Numbered from the stretch's first letter, positions 18,529 through 29,045 are shown. The stretch: 64,000 bases of DNA from an uncultured Thermococci archaeon (GCA_964521515.1 CAZFRW010000001.1:7639-71638), one strand, 5' to 3'. Numbers and translations are program-made. Notes: generated from the sequence alone by a model not told the origin.

Positions 18529-19521
18529 CTATTTGTAAGATCCTAAAGTTTTCATATAGTTTGCTCGCTCATAAGCTGAAGGCTCTAAAACATTTTCTTG
18601 GGACATAAGGCCTTGTACGGATCTTATTGATTTATAGTCATTTTTAGAAAGCCATTCTGTAACTTCTGACAAAACTTTTTCGATGTGGTCAATGCCATTT
18701 TTTATCAAGGCAGATGTCATCATTGAAACTTTTGCTCCAGCCATACTTGATTTTATGACATCAGATCCTGTGTGCACCCCACCCGTGATTGCAATGTCGG
18801 GCTTTACTTTTCCGTACATTATTGCAGCCCATCTCAATCTTAGTCTTAACTCATCACTCGTACTTAAAACAAGATTTCTTTTTATTTCAAGATTCTCAAT
18901 ATCAATATCTGGCTGATAGAATCTATTGAATATGACAAATGCATCAGCACCGGCTTTTTCTATATTTTTTAGTACATTTGGTGTTGAAGTGAAATAAGGG
19001 CTTAGCTTAACTGCCAGTGGGATCCTAATCTTTTGTTTGACACTTTTAACGAGATTATAATAGTTTTCTTCAATCTTTTCTGAATTTATTGAAATATCAG
19101 TTGGGATATAATAAATGTTTAACTCCAGCCCATCTGCACCAGCCTGTTCAATCTTTTGTGCATACTTTATCCAACCCCCGTCTGAAACTCCATTTAAGCT
19201 TCCTATAATTGGGATTTCTGAATCTGCCTTAACTTCTTTTACAAGTTCTATATATTCGTCTGGGGCAAACTTAAATTCTTTTATCTCTGGAAAATATGTG
19301 AGGGCTTCTGCATAACTTTCTGTTCCCTGAAGTAAAAATGTATTTAGGTCCTCCTGTTCAATCTCTAGCTGCTCTTCAAATAGAGAGTGTAAAACGACTG
19401 CACCGGCACCTGATTTCTCGGCTTTTTTGATATTCTTTGGATCTTCCCATAGGTATGAGGACGAAGCCACTATAGGATTCTTTAGTCTAAGTCCCATGTA
19501 GCTTGTTGAAAGATCAATCAT
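18529..19521 (-). CDS. dihydroorotate dehydrogenase-like (PyrD family) TIM-barrel flavoprotein, non-canonical active site
   Basis: LKNPIVASSS...GAGAVVLHSL N-terminus and ITGGVHTGSDVIKSSMAGA FMN-binding C-terminal motifs of the PyrD/DPD family. The catalytic N-x-(C/S)-CPN loop is replaced by NIYYIPT. The likely start is ATG 19521, overlapping the PFOR stop as ATGA; the track lists 19575. Confidence 0.65.
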   Translation of the reverse strand: MIDLSTSYMGLRLKNPIVASSSYLWEDPKNIKKAEKSGAGAVVLHSLFEEQLEIEQEDLNTFLLQGTESYAEALTYFPEIKEFKFAPDEYIELVKEVKADSEIPIIGSLNGVSDGGWIKYAQKIEQAGADGLELNIYYIPTDISINSEKIEENYYNLVKSVKQKIRIPLAVKLSPYFTSTPNVLKNIEKAGADAFVIFNRFYQPDIDIENLEIKRNLVLSTSDELRLRLRWAAIMYGKVKPDIAITGGVHTGSDVIKSSMAGAKVSMMTSALIKNGIDHIEKVLSEVTEWLSKNDYKSIRSVQGLMSQENVLEPSAYERANYMKTLGSYK

Positions 19522-22500
19522 TTTTCCTCCTCTTTTGGCTGTGGCATCTCCGACCAATATTTGTAGAAGTTCCATCTTTTTATAACTTGTTTTTGTGACT
19601 CATCTAGGAGTTTCTTTGCCATGTCAGGCTTGCTCCTTAACAGTATCTTGAATCTAGTTTCGTTATAGATAAATTTATCGAGGGTTATGGAAGGCTTGCC
19701 TGAGTCTAACTGAAGAGGATTTTTACCTTCCTTTTCTAGATTTGGATTATACCTCATTAGTGGCCAGTAACCAGAAAGAACTGCAGCTTTCTGTTGCTCA
19801 GGGCCATGAATAAGGTCATATCCCTGATTGATACAGTGTGCATAAGCAATAATAATAGAAGTCCCCTCGTATGCTTCCGCTTCTAGGAAGGCTTTAACTG
19901 TTTGAGCATTATTTGCTCCGAAAGCAACTCTTGCCACATATACATTTCCATAAATCATCGCCATCATGGCAAGATCCTTCTTTGGTGTTGGTTTTCCACC
20001 CATAGCAAATTTTGCCACTGCACCAAGAGGTGTGGCCTTTGACATCTGGCCTCCTGTATTAGAATACACTTCTGTGTCAAGTACAAGAATGTTGACATTC
20101 TTTCCGAGGGCAAGAACATGATCAAGACCACCATACCCTATATCGTATGCCCACCCATCTCCTCCTAAAATCCAGACGCTTTTTTTAACTAGAGAATCTG
20201 ATAAACTCAATAAATTCTTTGCTTCAGGTTTGTTTATGGACTTAAGCTTGGCCTTCAATAGTTTTACCATCTCTCGCTGCTTTTTTATTCCGGCTTCAGT
20301 ATCTTGATTTGTATTTTTTAATTCGTATACAAGGTCTTTTCCCAAATCATCGGTAAGTTTTTCAATTAGTTCCATTGCATGTTCCTTTTGCTTATCTAGG
20401 GCCAACCTCATACCGAGACCGAACTCTGCAGTATCTTCAAAAAGAGAGTTGGACCATGTTGGGCCACGGCCATCTTTATTTTTGGTGTAAGGAGTTGTTG
20501 GGAGATTTCCCCCATAAATTGATGAGCATCCTGTAGCATTGGCTATTACAGCCCTATCCCCAAACAATTGGGTCATTAGCTTTACATAAGGTGTTTGACC
20601 GCAACCTGAGCAAGCACCTGAAAACTCAAACAGAGGCTCTAAAAGCTGAATATCCTTTACAGTTGTGACATTTAATTTCTCACGGTCAACGTATGGAAGC
20701 GATTCAAAGAAATTCCAATTTTCCTTTTCCCTCTCAAGTATGGGGTCTTTAGCCTCCATGTTTATAGCCTTTAATTTGGGGTCCTGTTTGTTTTTCGCAG
20801 GGCATGTTTCATGGCAGAGTTTGCATCCAGTACAGTCTTCTGGCGAAGCCTGAACAGTGTAAATATAATCCTTAAACTGTGAAAACTTTGCTTCAACGTG
20901 TTTAAATGAAGCGGGTGCATTCTTTAATGCATCTTTTGGGTAAACTTTAGCTCTGATAACTGCATGTGGGCAGATAAAGGCGCATTTACCGCATTGTATA
21001 CAAGTTTCAGGGTCCCACACAGGTACGTCAAGTGAGATATTCCTCTTTTCCCACTTAGTTGTCCCAGTTGGATATGTCCCATCGTGAGGGAATGCGCTTA
21101 CCGGAAGTTCATCTCCCTTCCCGATAATCATTTTAGGTATAGCATTCTTGACATATTCAGAGGCTTCTTTTGGTATAGATGATTTTAAATCAAAACTGCC
21201 TGTGGCCTTTTCAGGTACCTTCACTTCATAGAGATTTCCAATGGCCTTATCAATTGCCTCATAATTCATCTTTAATATTTTTTCTCCTTTTCGGCCGTAT
21301 GTTTTTTCTGTAAACTTTTTAATTGATTTAATTGCATCTTCTTTGGGAATGACATTACTCAATGCAAAAAAACATGTCTGCATTATTGTATTGATTCTAA
21401 CCCCAAGACCTACATTCTTTGCGATATCATAAGCATCAATTGTATAAAATTTAATTTTCTTATCAATTATTTCCTGTTGGACATTTCTGGGAAGCTGATC
21501 CCACACCTCTCCCTTAGGATAAGGGCTATTCAAAAGGAATATTGAATTTTTTTCAGCAACACTCAGCATGTCATATTTATCCAAGAATGAACATTGATGA
21601 CAAGCCACAAAGTTTGCCTTATCGATTAGATATGGGGATCTTATAGGATCTGGCCCAAATCGTAAATATGAAATTGTTAGCGATCCAGCCTTTTTTGAGT
21701 CGTAATAAAAGAAGCCTTGGGCATAGTTGTCTGTTTCCTCACCAATTATTTTTATTGAACTCTTGTTTGCACTGACTGTACCGTCAGCACCTAAGCCGAA
21801 GAATACCGCCCTAGTTCTGTTTTCTGGCTCAACAAAAAAGTTTGGATCATAATCTAGACTTTGATGTGTTACATCATCATTGATTCCGACAGTAAATCTG
21901 TTCTTGGGTGCACTCTTTTTTAGTTCATCAAACACAGCCTTTGCCATTGAAGGTTTAAATTCCTTTGAGGAAAGTCCGTAAATGCCTCCAATTATCTTTG
22001 GCATCTTTTCCATTTTTAACAAACCATTTGAGAATGCCGAAGCTATGGCAGTTGTAACATCAAGGTAAAGAGGCTCGCCCAAAGCACCTGGCTCTTTAGT
22101 CCTATCCAGAACTGCAATACTTTTTACAGATAGGGGCAGTGATGAAATGAAATGTTTCAAAGAAAAGGGCCTGAAAAGTCTTACTTTTAGGACCCCTACC
22201 TTCTCACCTTTCTTGTTGAGATAGTTGACAGTTTCTTCTACAGTCTCAGCACCGCTTCCCATGATAACAATAATTCTTTCTGCATCCGGCGCCCCTTCAT
22301 ACTGGAAGAGTTTGTATTGTCTACCAGTAATTTTTGCAAATTTGTCCATTGCTTCCTGGACTAAATCTGGGCAGGCATTATAATAAGGATTAATTGTCTC
22401 TCTTGCTTGGAAAAATGTATCGGGATTATGTGATGTTCCTCTTATTATTGGATTATCGGGTGACAAGGCTCTTGCACGATGTGCCCTTACTAAATCTTCA

Positions 22501-23087
22501 TCTATCATCTCTTTTAAATCTTCAAGTGTTAAACGTTCGACTTTAGAAGTTTCAGCGGATGTCCTAAACCCATCAAAGAAGTGTAAAAATGGAACTCTTG
22601 ATTTTAATGTTGCGGCTTGGGCAATAAGGGCAGTGTCCATTACTTCTTGAACTGAGTTTGAAGCTAGAAGTGCAAATCCAGTTGAACGTACTGACATTAC
22701 ATCTCCATGATCACAAAATATAGATAGAGCATGTGTTGCAATAGTCCTGGCACTAACATGAAAAACAGTAGAAGTAAGCTCCCCTGCTATTTTAAACATA
22801 TTGGGGATCATTAAAAGAAGTCCTTGGGATGCTGTAAATGTAGTAGTAAGTGCACCTCTCTGTAATGAGCCGTGAACAGTACCAGATGCCCCCCCTTCAC
22901 TTTGCATCTCCGTTACATTAGGGACTGTACCCCATATATTGGGCTCTCCTTCAGATGCCCACTGGTCAGATAATTCACCCATTGTGGAGGAAGGTGTAAT
23001 GGGGTATATTGATATAACTTCATTAACGTGATAAGCTGTATATGCGGCAGCTTCATTTCCGTCAATAGTAACTATAGGCCTTTTCAT
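19518..23087 (-). CDS. por: pyruvate:ferredoxin (flavodoxin) oxidoreductase, single-polypeptide NifJ/PorA type
   Basis: 1189 aa with domains I, VI, II and III in order. It has two 4Fe-4S ferredoxin motifs (CIQCGKCAFICP, CTGCKLCHETCP) and the TPP-binding GDG motif (GGDGWAYDIGYGG). Confidence 0.9.
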   Translation of the reverse strand: MKRPIVTIDGNEAAAYTAYHVNEVISIYPITPSSTMGELSDQWASEGEPNIWGTVPNVTEMQSEGGASGTVHGSLQRGALTTTFTASQGLLLMIPNMFKIAGELTSTVFHVSARTIATHALSIFCDHGDVMSVRSTGFALLASNSVQEVMDTALIAQAATLKSRVPFLHFFDGFRTSAETSKVERLTLEDLKEMIDEDLVRAHRARALSPDNPIIRGTSHNPDTFFQARETINPYYNACPDLVQEAMDKFAKITGRQYKLFQYEGAPDAERIIVIMGSGAETVEETVNYLNKKGEKVGVLKVRLFRPFSLKHFISSLPLSVKSIAVLDRTKEPGALGEPLYLDVTTAIASAFSNGLLKMEKMPKIIGGIYGLSSKEFKPSMAKAVFDELKKSAPKNRFTVGINDDVTHQSLDYDPNFFVEPENRTRAVFFGLGADGTVSANKSSIKIIGEETDNYAQGFFYYDSKKAGSLTISYLRFGPDPIRSPYLIDKANFVACHQCSFLDKYDMLSVAEKNSIFLLNSPYPKGEVWDQLPRNVQQEIIDKKIKFYTIDAYDIAKNVGLGVRINTIMQTCFFALSNVIPKEDAIKSIKKFTEKTYGRKGEKILKMNYEAIDKAIGNLYEVKVPEKATGSFDLKSSIPKEASEYVKNAIPKMIIGKGDELPVSAFPHDGTYPTGTTKWEKRNISLDVPVWDPETCIQCGKCAFICPHAVIRAKVYPKDALKNAPASFKHVEAKFSQFKDYIYTVQASPEDCTGCKLCHETCPAKNKQDPKLKAINMEAKDPILEREKENWNFFESLPYVDREKLNVTTVKDIQLLEPLFEFSGACSGCGQTPYVKLMTQLFGDRAVIANATGCSSIYGGNLPTTPYTKNKDGRGPTWSNSLFEDTAEFGLGMRLALDKQKEHAMELIEKLTDDLGKDLVYELKNTNQDTEAGIKKQREMVKLLKAKLKSINKPEAKNLLSLSDSLVKKSVWILGGDGWAYDIGYGGLDHVLALGKNVNILVLDTEVYSNTGGQMSKATPLGAVAKFAMGGKPTPKKDLAMMAMIYGNVYVARVAFGANNAQTVKAFLEAEAYEGTSIIIAYAHCINQGYDLIHGPEQQKAAVLSGYWPLMRYNPNLEKEGKNPLQLDSGKPSITLDKFIYNETRFKILLRSKPDMAKKLLDESQKQVIKRWNFYKYWSEMPQPKEEEK

Positions 23088-23200
23088 AATAATTTCACCA
23101 TTAACGTATTAGTCTGTATTTGGAAATAAAAAAATTAAAATATAAGGTTATCCCATAAGGTCCTTTTTAAGAAAATGAGAGTAATATACAAAATAATTCA

Positions 23201-23710
23201 TTACCATTTGTTGAATCTAATTCTTTCCTGTTTGAATCTAAATGCTGGTTTTGGTATCTCTACAGGGTATCCCATTATTACTATTGAAAGAGGTATAATC
23301 CTCTCAGGAATTCCAAGTAAATTTCTAAATCCACTTACCCTATCCTCAAGTGGGTATATTCCAGACCAAACAGCCCCTAAACCAAGGGCGTGTGCCGCAA
23401 GTAAGATATTCTGAGTCGCAGCAGAGCAGTCCTGAACCCAAAATCCTGGATATTTCTCCAAACTTGGGTCTCCGCAAATGACTATAGCGGTAGATGCTTC
23501 CTTTGCCATTGGTGCATAGAGACTTATATTAGGAACCTCTTCAAGGATCTTTTTATCATTGATTACCACAAAATGCCATGGTTGCTGATTTCCCGCAGAG
23601 GGTGCACTCATGGCCGCTTCTAATATCCTATCAATCATTTCTTTAGGTATGTCCTTATCAGTAAATTTTCTTACACTTCTTCTTGTAAGAATTGCATCAA
23701 GCGTTTCCAT
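23201..23710 (-). CDS. nitroreductase family protein
   Basis: RRSVRKF...APSAGNQQPWHF motif; 169 aa. Confidence 0.75.
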   Translation of the reverse strand: METLDAILTRRSVRKFTDKDIPKEMIDRILEAAMSAPSAGNQQPWHFVVINDKKILEEVPNISLYAPMAKEASTAIVICGDPSLEKYPGFWVQDCSAATQNILLAAHALGLGAVWSGIYPLEDRVSGFRNLLGIPERIIPLSIVIMGYPVEIPKPAFRFKQERIRFNKW

Positions 23711-23812
23711 TTTATTTCCTCCGTTAATATTACCAAATCTAAACTTATAAATCTAATCTAAAAACCGAAACTATTATAAAACTCACTATAATCAATAAGT
23801 CTAGGTAGATTT

Positions 23813-24106
23813 ATGAGTTCGATTAGGGTTATAGTTCTTGATGTTTTAAAACCCCATAAGCCAATACTCCCGGATTTTGCAAATAAGCTAGCTGAAATCC
23901 CAGGGATTATAGGTGTCAACATTTCTGTTGTTGAGATAGACCAAAAAACTGAAACAGTGAAGCTTTCAATACAAGGGGATTCAATCGATTATGAACTATT
24001 AAAAGAGGAGATAGAAAAGCTTGGTGGTACTGTCCACAGTATAGATAAAGTTGCCGCAGGTAAAAGGATTATACCTGAAGTTGAAACTTTACAGGACAGA
24101 TCTTAA
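23813..24106 (+). CDS. small conserved hypothetical protein (possibly DUF211-like)
   Basis: 97-aa alpha/beta protein with no diagnostic motif. Convergent with SRP19. Confidence 0.4.
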   Translation: MSSIRVIVLDVLKPHKPILPDFANKLAEIPGIIGVNISVVEIDQKTETVKLSIQGDSIDYELLKEEIEKLGGTVHSIDKVAAGKRIIPEVETLQDRS

Positions 24107-24393
24107 GTCCCGCCTCTGTTTTTTCTTATCTCTTTTGATATTTTTTTAAGTATCTCATTTTTTGAGAACTTCTTTTCAACTAAAAATCTCCCAAGATTTC
24201 GGTCGTCTCTTCCCTGCTCTTTTGGATATTTTGAGTTCTTCTCAATTTGGTGATTTATCCCAATCAACTCCAGAGCTTTTTTGATTTCATCGAATTTTGG
24301 GTGATCTAATGCCAAATTTTTTGGAATTTTTCTCCCGTCTTTCTTTGAAAGATTTTTATCAAGATAAGATGGCCATATAACATAATCCTTCAA
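24103..24393 (-). CDS. srp19: signal recognition particle protein SRP19
   Basis: The pattern VIWPSYLDK..SKKDGRKIPKNLA...P...EI.KALELIG matches archaeal SRP19 (IWPSY.DK.S...GRK.P..LA). Confidence 0.8.
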   Translation of the reverse strand: MKDYVIWPSYLDKNLSKKDGRKIPKNLALDHPKFDEIKKALELIGINHQIEKNSKYPKEQGRDDRNLGRFLVEKKFSKNEILKKISKEIRKNRGGT

Positions 24394-24455
24394 AATAATC
24401 CCCCTAAGCTTTTAAATAATCTTTTGACAGAATATAAAAGTGTATTGGTGATTTT

Positions 24456-24818
24456 ATGCATGAACTTTCACTTGCCGATGGTATGCTAAAGACAGTATTA
24501 GAGGCAGCTCAAAAAGAAAAGGCCAAAAAAATTAAGTCAATTAAGCTAGAGATGGGTGAGATTCTTCTAGTGAATGCTGAGCAGCTTACCTTTTGTTTTG
24601 ATATAATCTCAAAAGGAACAATCGCAGAAAACGCCAAACTAGATATTACTTTCCTAAAACCAAGAGTCCACTGCAACAAGTGCAACAAGGAATTCAATAT
24701 TACTTCAGATAAAGATTTTCCCATACTTTATATTACATGTGAATGCGGCTCAAATGATGTCACAATACTCTCTGGTAGGGAGTTTAACATTAAGTCTATA
24801 AAAATTGAAGAGGATTAA
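24456..24818 (+). CDS. hypA: hydrogenase nickel-insertion/maturation factor HypA
   Basis: MHELSLADGML N-terminus, and a C-terminal zinc site CNKCNK...CECGS, as in HypA/HybF. Confidence 0.75.
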   Translation: MHELSLADGMLKTVLEAAQKEKAKKIKSIKLEMGEILLVNAEQLTFCFDIISKGTIAENAKLDITFLKPRVHCNKCNKEFNITSDKDFPILYITCECGSNDVTILSGREFNIKSIKIEED

Positions 24819-25981
24819 TTTTTAGAAAGAAACTTCTCTATTCTGTCGCACGCTTCATTAATCTTATCTTTTTTAAGAGGATACGCAAGTCTAACAAATT
24901 CATCAGAGTAGGGGCCAAATGCAGATCCAGGTACTGTTACTACCTTTTCTTGATTCAACAATTTTTCAGAAAACTCTTCTGACTTCATTTTTGTTTGTGA
25001 TATGTTCATAAATAGATAGAATGCACCTTCAGGTTTTATTGAACTTACCCCGTTCATCTCTTCAATCCTTTTCAAAAGTAGATCCCTTCTATCTTTGAAT
25101 TCATCCCGCATATGATTAACAAAATCCTGAGATCCTTTTAGGGCCTCTAAGGCGCCAAACTGGGCAAATGTATTGTTACATACAGGTCCATACATGTGAA
25201 GTTTTAACATCCTGTCGAATAATACTTTATCTTTTGAGGACAAGTATCCAACTCGCCATCCGGTCATAGAGTAAGTTTTGGAAAAGGAGTTAACTGTTAT
25301 AGTGTTCTCTTCCATGCCGTTAAGTGATGCAATGCTTACATGTTTTTTGTTATCATAGATAAGACTCTCATAAACTTCATCAGATATTACTTTTAGATTA
25401 TATTCTATGATTATGTCAGAAATCTTTTCCAAGTCATTTTTTTTCATTACCGCGCCAGTTGGATTTGAAGGGGAATTAAGTATCAATAGTTCTGTGTTTT
25501 CAGTTATTTTTTCTTCTAGAAGGTCAGGATTTAATATAAAGTTTTCATCTTGTTTGCATTCGACCTCTATAGGATTTCCACCAGAAAGTATAACTGTTGG
25601 GACATAGGCAACAAATGCAGGCGATGGAACAATAACGTCATTTCCAGTTTTGATTGAAGATTGAATTGCAAGTGATAAAGCTTCTCCGCCCCCAACAGTG
25701 ACCATGATTTCATTTTCGGATACATCAATACTGTTTTGTTTTTTCATTTTTTCAGAAATGGCCTGTCTCAATTCTAAGATCCCAGAATTTGGGGAGTAGT
25801 AAGTCTTTCCCTCTTTTAAGGCTTTAATTGAAGCTTCAACGATGTTTTGGGGCGTAGCAAAATCTGGCTCTCCTATCCCCAGGCTTATTATGCCTTCCAT
25901 ATTTTGTGCAAGGTCAAATAATTTTCTTATACCTGATTTTGGGATTTTATCTAGTGATGATGATATAGAATATTCTGACAT
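24815..25981 (-). CDS. class I/II pyridoxal-phosphate-dependent aminotransferase (aspartate aminotransferase-like)
   Basis: 388 aa. SFSKTYSMTGWRVGY contains the PLP lysine region, and a GEPDF-type N-terminal motif is present. Confidence 0.8.
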   Translation of the reverse strand: MSEYSISSSLDKIPKSGIRKLFDLAQNMEGIISLGIGEPDFATPQNIVEASIKALKEGKTYYSPNSGILELRQAISEKMKKQNSIDVSENEIMVTVGGGEALSLAIQSSIKTGNDVIVPSPAFVAYVPTVILSGGNPIEVECKQDENFILNPDLLEEKITENTELLILNSPSNPTGAVMKKNDLEKISDIIIEYNLKVISDEVYESLIYDNKKHVSIASLNGMEENTITVNSFSKTYSMTGWRVGYLSSKDKVLFDRMLKLHMYGPVCNNTFAQFGALEALKGSQDFVNHMRDEFKDRRDLLLKRIEEMNGVSSIKPEGAFYLFMNISQTKMKSEEFSEKLLNQEKVVTVPGSAFGPYSDEFVRLAYPLKKDKINEACDRIEKFLSKN

Positions 25982-25992
25982 AGGCTCTTCCT

Positions 25993-27357
25993 CTAAAAAT
26001 CAAAAAGTGTTTTTTGTTGATTCTTTTCCTCTTTATCTTTTTGATTTTCTGTTTCTTTAGGGAGTTCCTTTTCTTTCTCAGATTCTACTTTTTTATTAGT
26101 TTTTATAGGAACTGCCTCAATTTTCTCCTTTTTTTCTGGCCCCTTTAAAAGCTCTTCTCTTGCCAATTCTATTTTTCTATAATTTTTCTCATCAATAAAC
26201 TTTATTTCTTCCATGTCAAATTCAAAAAAGTTTGATATAAGGGCCCCTTTTCTTGGATTTAGAAATAATGCCGATATCATTGGTAGATAAGATCTTGCAA
26301 CTTTTTTAGAGCAATGGCATTTTCCCCCAATTTTCTCTAGGATTATCTTGTTTGTTTCTCTCATTTTTTTGGAGGATCCTAAGACTTGAAAATATTTTGG
26401 CGGGGAAAACGGGATGTATCTTGACTCAGTTACCCCGGCTACAGAAACTCCGCCGGTCATAAGGTCTGATGCATACTTCCACATAGAATAGTTTCTAGTA
26501 TTAAATGCTCTTTTCAAATAAATATCTGCCTTTGAGAGAAGTCTCATAGCCTCAAGCAGATTTTTTCCTTTGTATGCCTTGGGAGTATTTTCATCAATCC
26601 AGAGAAGAAGCTCATCTGGTTTTTTATCAACATCAAAAAAGTCTTTTCTAACATCAATCGAGTTTGACATGTAAAGTTTTGATAGAGCCTCAAATATGGA
26701 TGTCTCTGTGTCTCTCGTACCAACTAACTTTTCATCACCTTTTAATAATTTTATACCTAAAGAGTCAAGATCATTAATTGCTGCACGCATATCGCCTGTT
26801 GACTGTTCAGCTATCTTCATCAGAGTTTCATCTTCTACCTGAATTCCTTCGGCGACCGATATCTCTTTTAATCTAGCAAAGACAGTCCTTGATTGAAGTC
26901 GTTTGAATTGGACAAGCTTGCAGTTGTCCCTTATAGATTGAGATACTTCCCAGTAGCTGTTTGCGGTAAGAATGATTGGATTTTGTGTATCCTTTATTAT
27001 CTCTAGTAATGCTTTTGATCCTCCAAAATCTTCCTTTCCATGAATATTATCGGCCTCGTCTAGTAAGATTATTTTCTTGTAACCAAAAAGAGTCTTTGAA
27101 GAAGCAGCATTGCCAACTATTCTGTTTAGTGCAGCTTGATCTCTTTTATCACTAGCATTTAGCTCTATTAAGTCGTATCCAAGCTCTTTTGACAATACCT
27201 TTACCATCGTTGTCTTACCACTACCAGGGGGGCCATAAATTAGTAGTGCCTTCTTTTCAGTACCCCAAGTATTTATCCATGCTAGAATATCCTTTACAAG
27301 TGCCTGTTGACCTTTTATCTCAGAAAAATTTTTTGGGGAGTATTTCTCAACAAGCAT
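25993..27357 (-). CDS. rfcL: replication factor C large subunit
   Basis: LVEKYSPKNFSEIKG...LLIYGPPGSGKTT AAA+ N-terminus, DEAD-like LLDEADN and a Lys/Glu-rich C-terminal tail. The ORF extends to 27447, but the M of MLVEKYSPK (27357) is the more typical start. Confidence 0.8.
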   Translation of the reverse strand: MLVEKYSPKNFSEIKGQQALVKDILAWINTWGTEKKALLIYGPPGSGKTTMVKVLSKELGYDLIELNASDKRDQAALNRIVGNAASSKTLFGYKKIILLDEADNIHGKEDFGGSKALLEIIKDTQNPIILTANSYWEVSQSIRDNCKLVQFKRLQSRTVFARLKEISVAEGIQVEDETLMKIAEQSTGDMRAAINDLDSLGIKLLKGDEKLVGTRDTETSIFEALSKLYMSNSIDVRKDFFDVDKKPDELLLWIDENTPKAYKGKNLLEAMRLLSKADIYLKRAFNTRNYSMWKYASDLMTGGVSVAGVTESRYIPFSPPKYFQVLGSSKKMRETNKIILEKIGGKCHCSKKVARSYLPMISALFLNPRKGALISNFFEFDMEEIKFIDEKNYRKIELAREELLKGPEKKEKIEAVPIKTNKKVESEKEKELPKETENQKDKEEKNQQKTLFDF

Positions 27358-27364
27358 GTTATCT

Positions 27365-28312
27365 TTATCCTGTGGAAAGATTGGCGAGAAGGTATTCAAG
27401 CTGAATAAATTCATTTGCTCCCTGTACAAGCCTGAAATCCGCTTCACCTATCATATCGACAATTCTAACTTTTTCTTTGTCAGAAACTTCTAAATTGAAT
27501 GTCTCTCTATGCATCTGCATTATTATATCTTCACCTGACAATCCTTGTTCTAAAAGAAGCATCTGAAGTATTTTTCTTGATGAGATGAAATCACCAGATA
27601 GGGCGACCTTCATCATATTTTTTATTTCTTCAGGTTTTGCCCTTGAAGAAACTTGGTACACTAAACTTTCTGTTATTGAATCCCCTATGCCTGATGAAGA
27701 TTGAAGGGCATTTATTGCCTTTCTCATATCTCCTTCAGAAACATATGCAATCGCATTAAGTCCGTCTTCCTTAAGGTCAATACTTTCTGCTTTGGCTATC
27801 TTCCTAATCATAATTTTTACAGCATCAGTTGATAATGGGCCGAACCTGAACACTGCACATCTAGACTGTATTGGATCAATTATCCTTGAGGAATAATTAC
27901 ATGAGAGAATGAATCTACACGTCGAAGTATAGACCTCCATAGTTCTCCTCAAAGCATTCTGAGCATCTGATGTAAGCGCATCAGACTCATCTAGAAATAT
28001 TATCTTGAAATCTCCGCCTATTGGTTTAGTTCTTGCAAAGTCCTTAATTTTTTCTCTCACAACATTTATACCTCTCTCATCTGAGGCATTTGTTTCTTGA
28101 AAATTCTGCTTCCAATATTCACCAAAAATCTCCTTTGCAAGAGCTATGGCGGCTGTAGTCTTTCCAACCCCAGGAGGGCCAGCAAATAACAAATGTGGCA
28201 TCGATTTCTTATCAACATAATATTTAAGTCTTCTAATTATAGGGTCTCTTCCAACTATATCGTCAAGCTTTTGAGGCCTGTACTTCTCCGTCCAGGGTTT
28301 TTCAAACTCCAT
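27365..28312 (-). CDS. rfcS: replication factor C small subunit
   Basis: PWTEKYRPQKLDDIVG...LLFAGPPGVGKTT and DESDALT Walker B; 315 aa with no intein. Confidence 0.9.
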   Translation of the reverse strand: MEFEKPWTEKYRPQKLDDIVGRDPIIRRLKYYVDKKSMPHLLFAGPPGVGKTTAAIALAKEIFGEYWKQNFQETNASDERGINVVREKIKDFARTKPIGGDFKIIFLDESDALTSDAQNALRRTMEVYTSTCRFILSCNYSSRIIDPIQSRCAVFRFGPLSTDAVKIMIRKIAKAESIDLKEDGLNAIAYVSEGDMRKAINALQSSSGIGDSITESLVYQVSSRAKPEEIKNMMKVALSGDFISSRKILQMLLLEQGLSGEDIIMQMHRETFNLEVSDKEKVRIVDMIGEADFRLVQGANEFIQLEYLLANLSTG

Positions 28313-28355
28313 CGAATCACAACCAATTATTTTAATTACCTAAAATATTTAAGTC

Positions 28356-29045
28356 TTATTGGATATTTCTAATAAGTTCTCCTATATCTGAGTTGGATTT
28401 ATACTCTTTTAAAAGTGTCTTAATAAAATCTTCTTGAAAATCAAATAATTCCTTTATTCTTTCTCTAACAAGGCAGTCAGACAGAAAGCACATCGATAAA
28501 AAAGAAGTTACATTTTTTGGGGTATTTGAAAAATGAGCCTTTTCAAAGTCGATTATGACATTTTTTCTACCGCAAATAATATGCTTTCCCCCTTGGATCT
28601 GTCTATGATTTATCCCTACCTTATCAAGAGCATTGCACTGCCTTGAGATATCAAAGATGTCTTCTCTACCGAACTTTCTCTCGATTAATAGATCTCCTTC
28701 TATATACTCCATTATGATGTAATTGTCATCATACCCATATACCTTTGGTCCGACGCCTTGTTCATTAGCCTTAATTAAATAATAAGCTTCTTTCTTAAGA
28801 GAACCTTTCCTTTCAGAGTCCGATCTTTCGATTTTGAGCGCTACCTTTCTTTTTTTGTAATTTCCCAAAAAAACAATTGAGGTATTGCCTTTTCCTATAG
28901 CCCTCTCGCACCCAATATCAACTTTACCAAAAGAGTAGATATTATCGACACCTTTTTCAAAAAGAGATTCTTTCAGTAAAGATGCCCTTTCAGTTGAGAA
29001 AGAAGGATAATCTATATACCTTATGTCACTTAAGGTAGTTTCCAT
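28356..29045 (-). CDS. atypical protein-kinase-like fold protein (RIO/Bud32/Kdo-kinase-like) with a degenerate catalytic loop
   Basis: Glycine-rich loop IGKGNTSIVFLG and VAIK-like lysine (KVALKIER). The catalytic-loop region reads INHRQIQGGKH and the metal-binding triplet is DFE (IIDFEKA), instead of HxD...N and DFG. Separated by 1 nt from the dCMP deaminase gene. Confidence 0.5.
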   Translation of the reverse strand: METTLSDIRYIDYPSFSTERASLLKESLFEKGVDNIYSFGKVDIGCERAIGKGNTSIVFLGNYKKRKVALKIERSDSERKGSLKKEAYYLIKANEQGVGPKVYGYDDNYIIMEYIEGDLLIERKFGREDIFDISRQCNALDKVGINHRQIQGGKHIICGRKNVIIDFEKAHFSNTPKNVTSFLSMCFLSDCLVRERIKELFDFQEDFIKTLLKEYKSNSDIGELIRNIQ

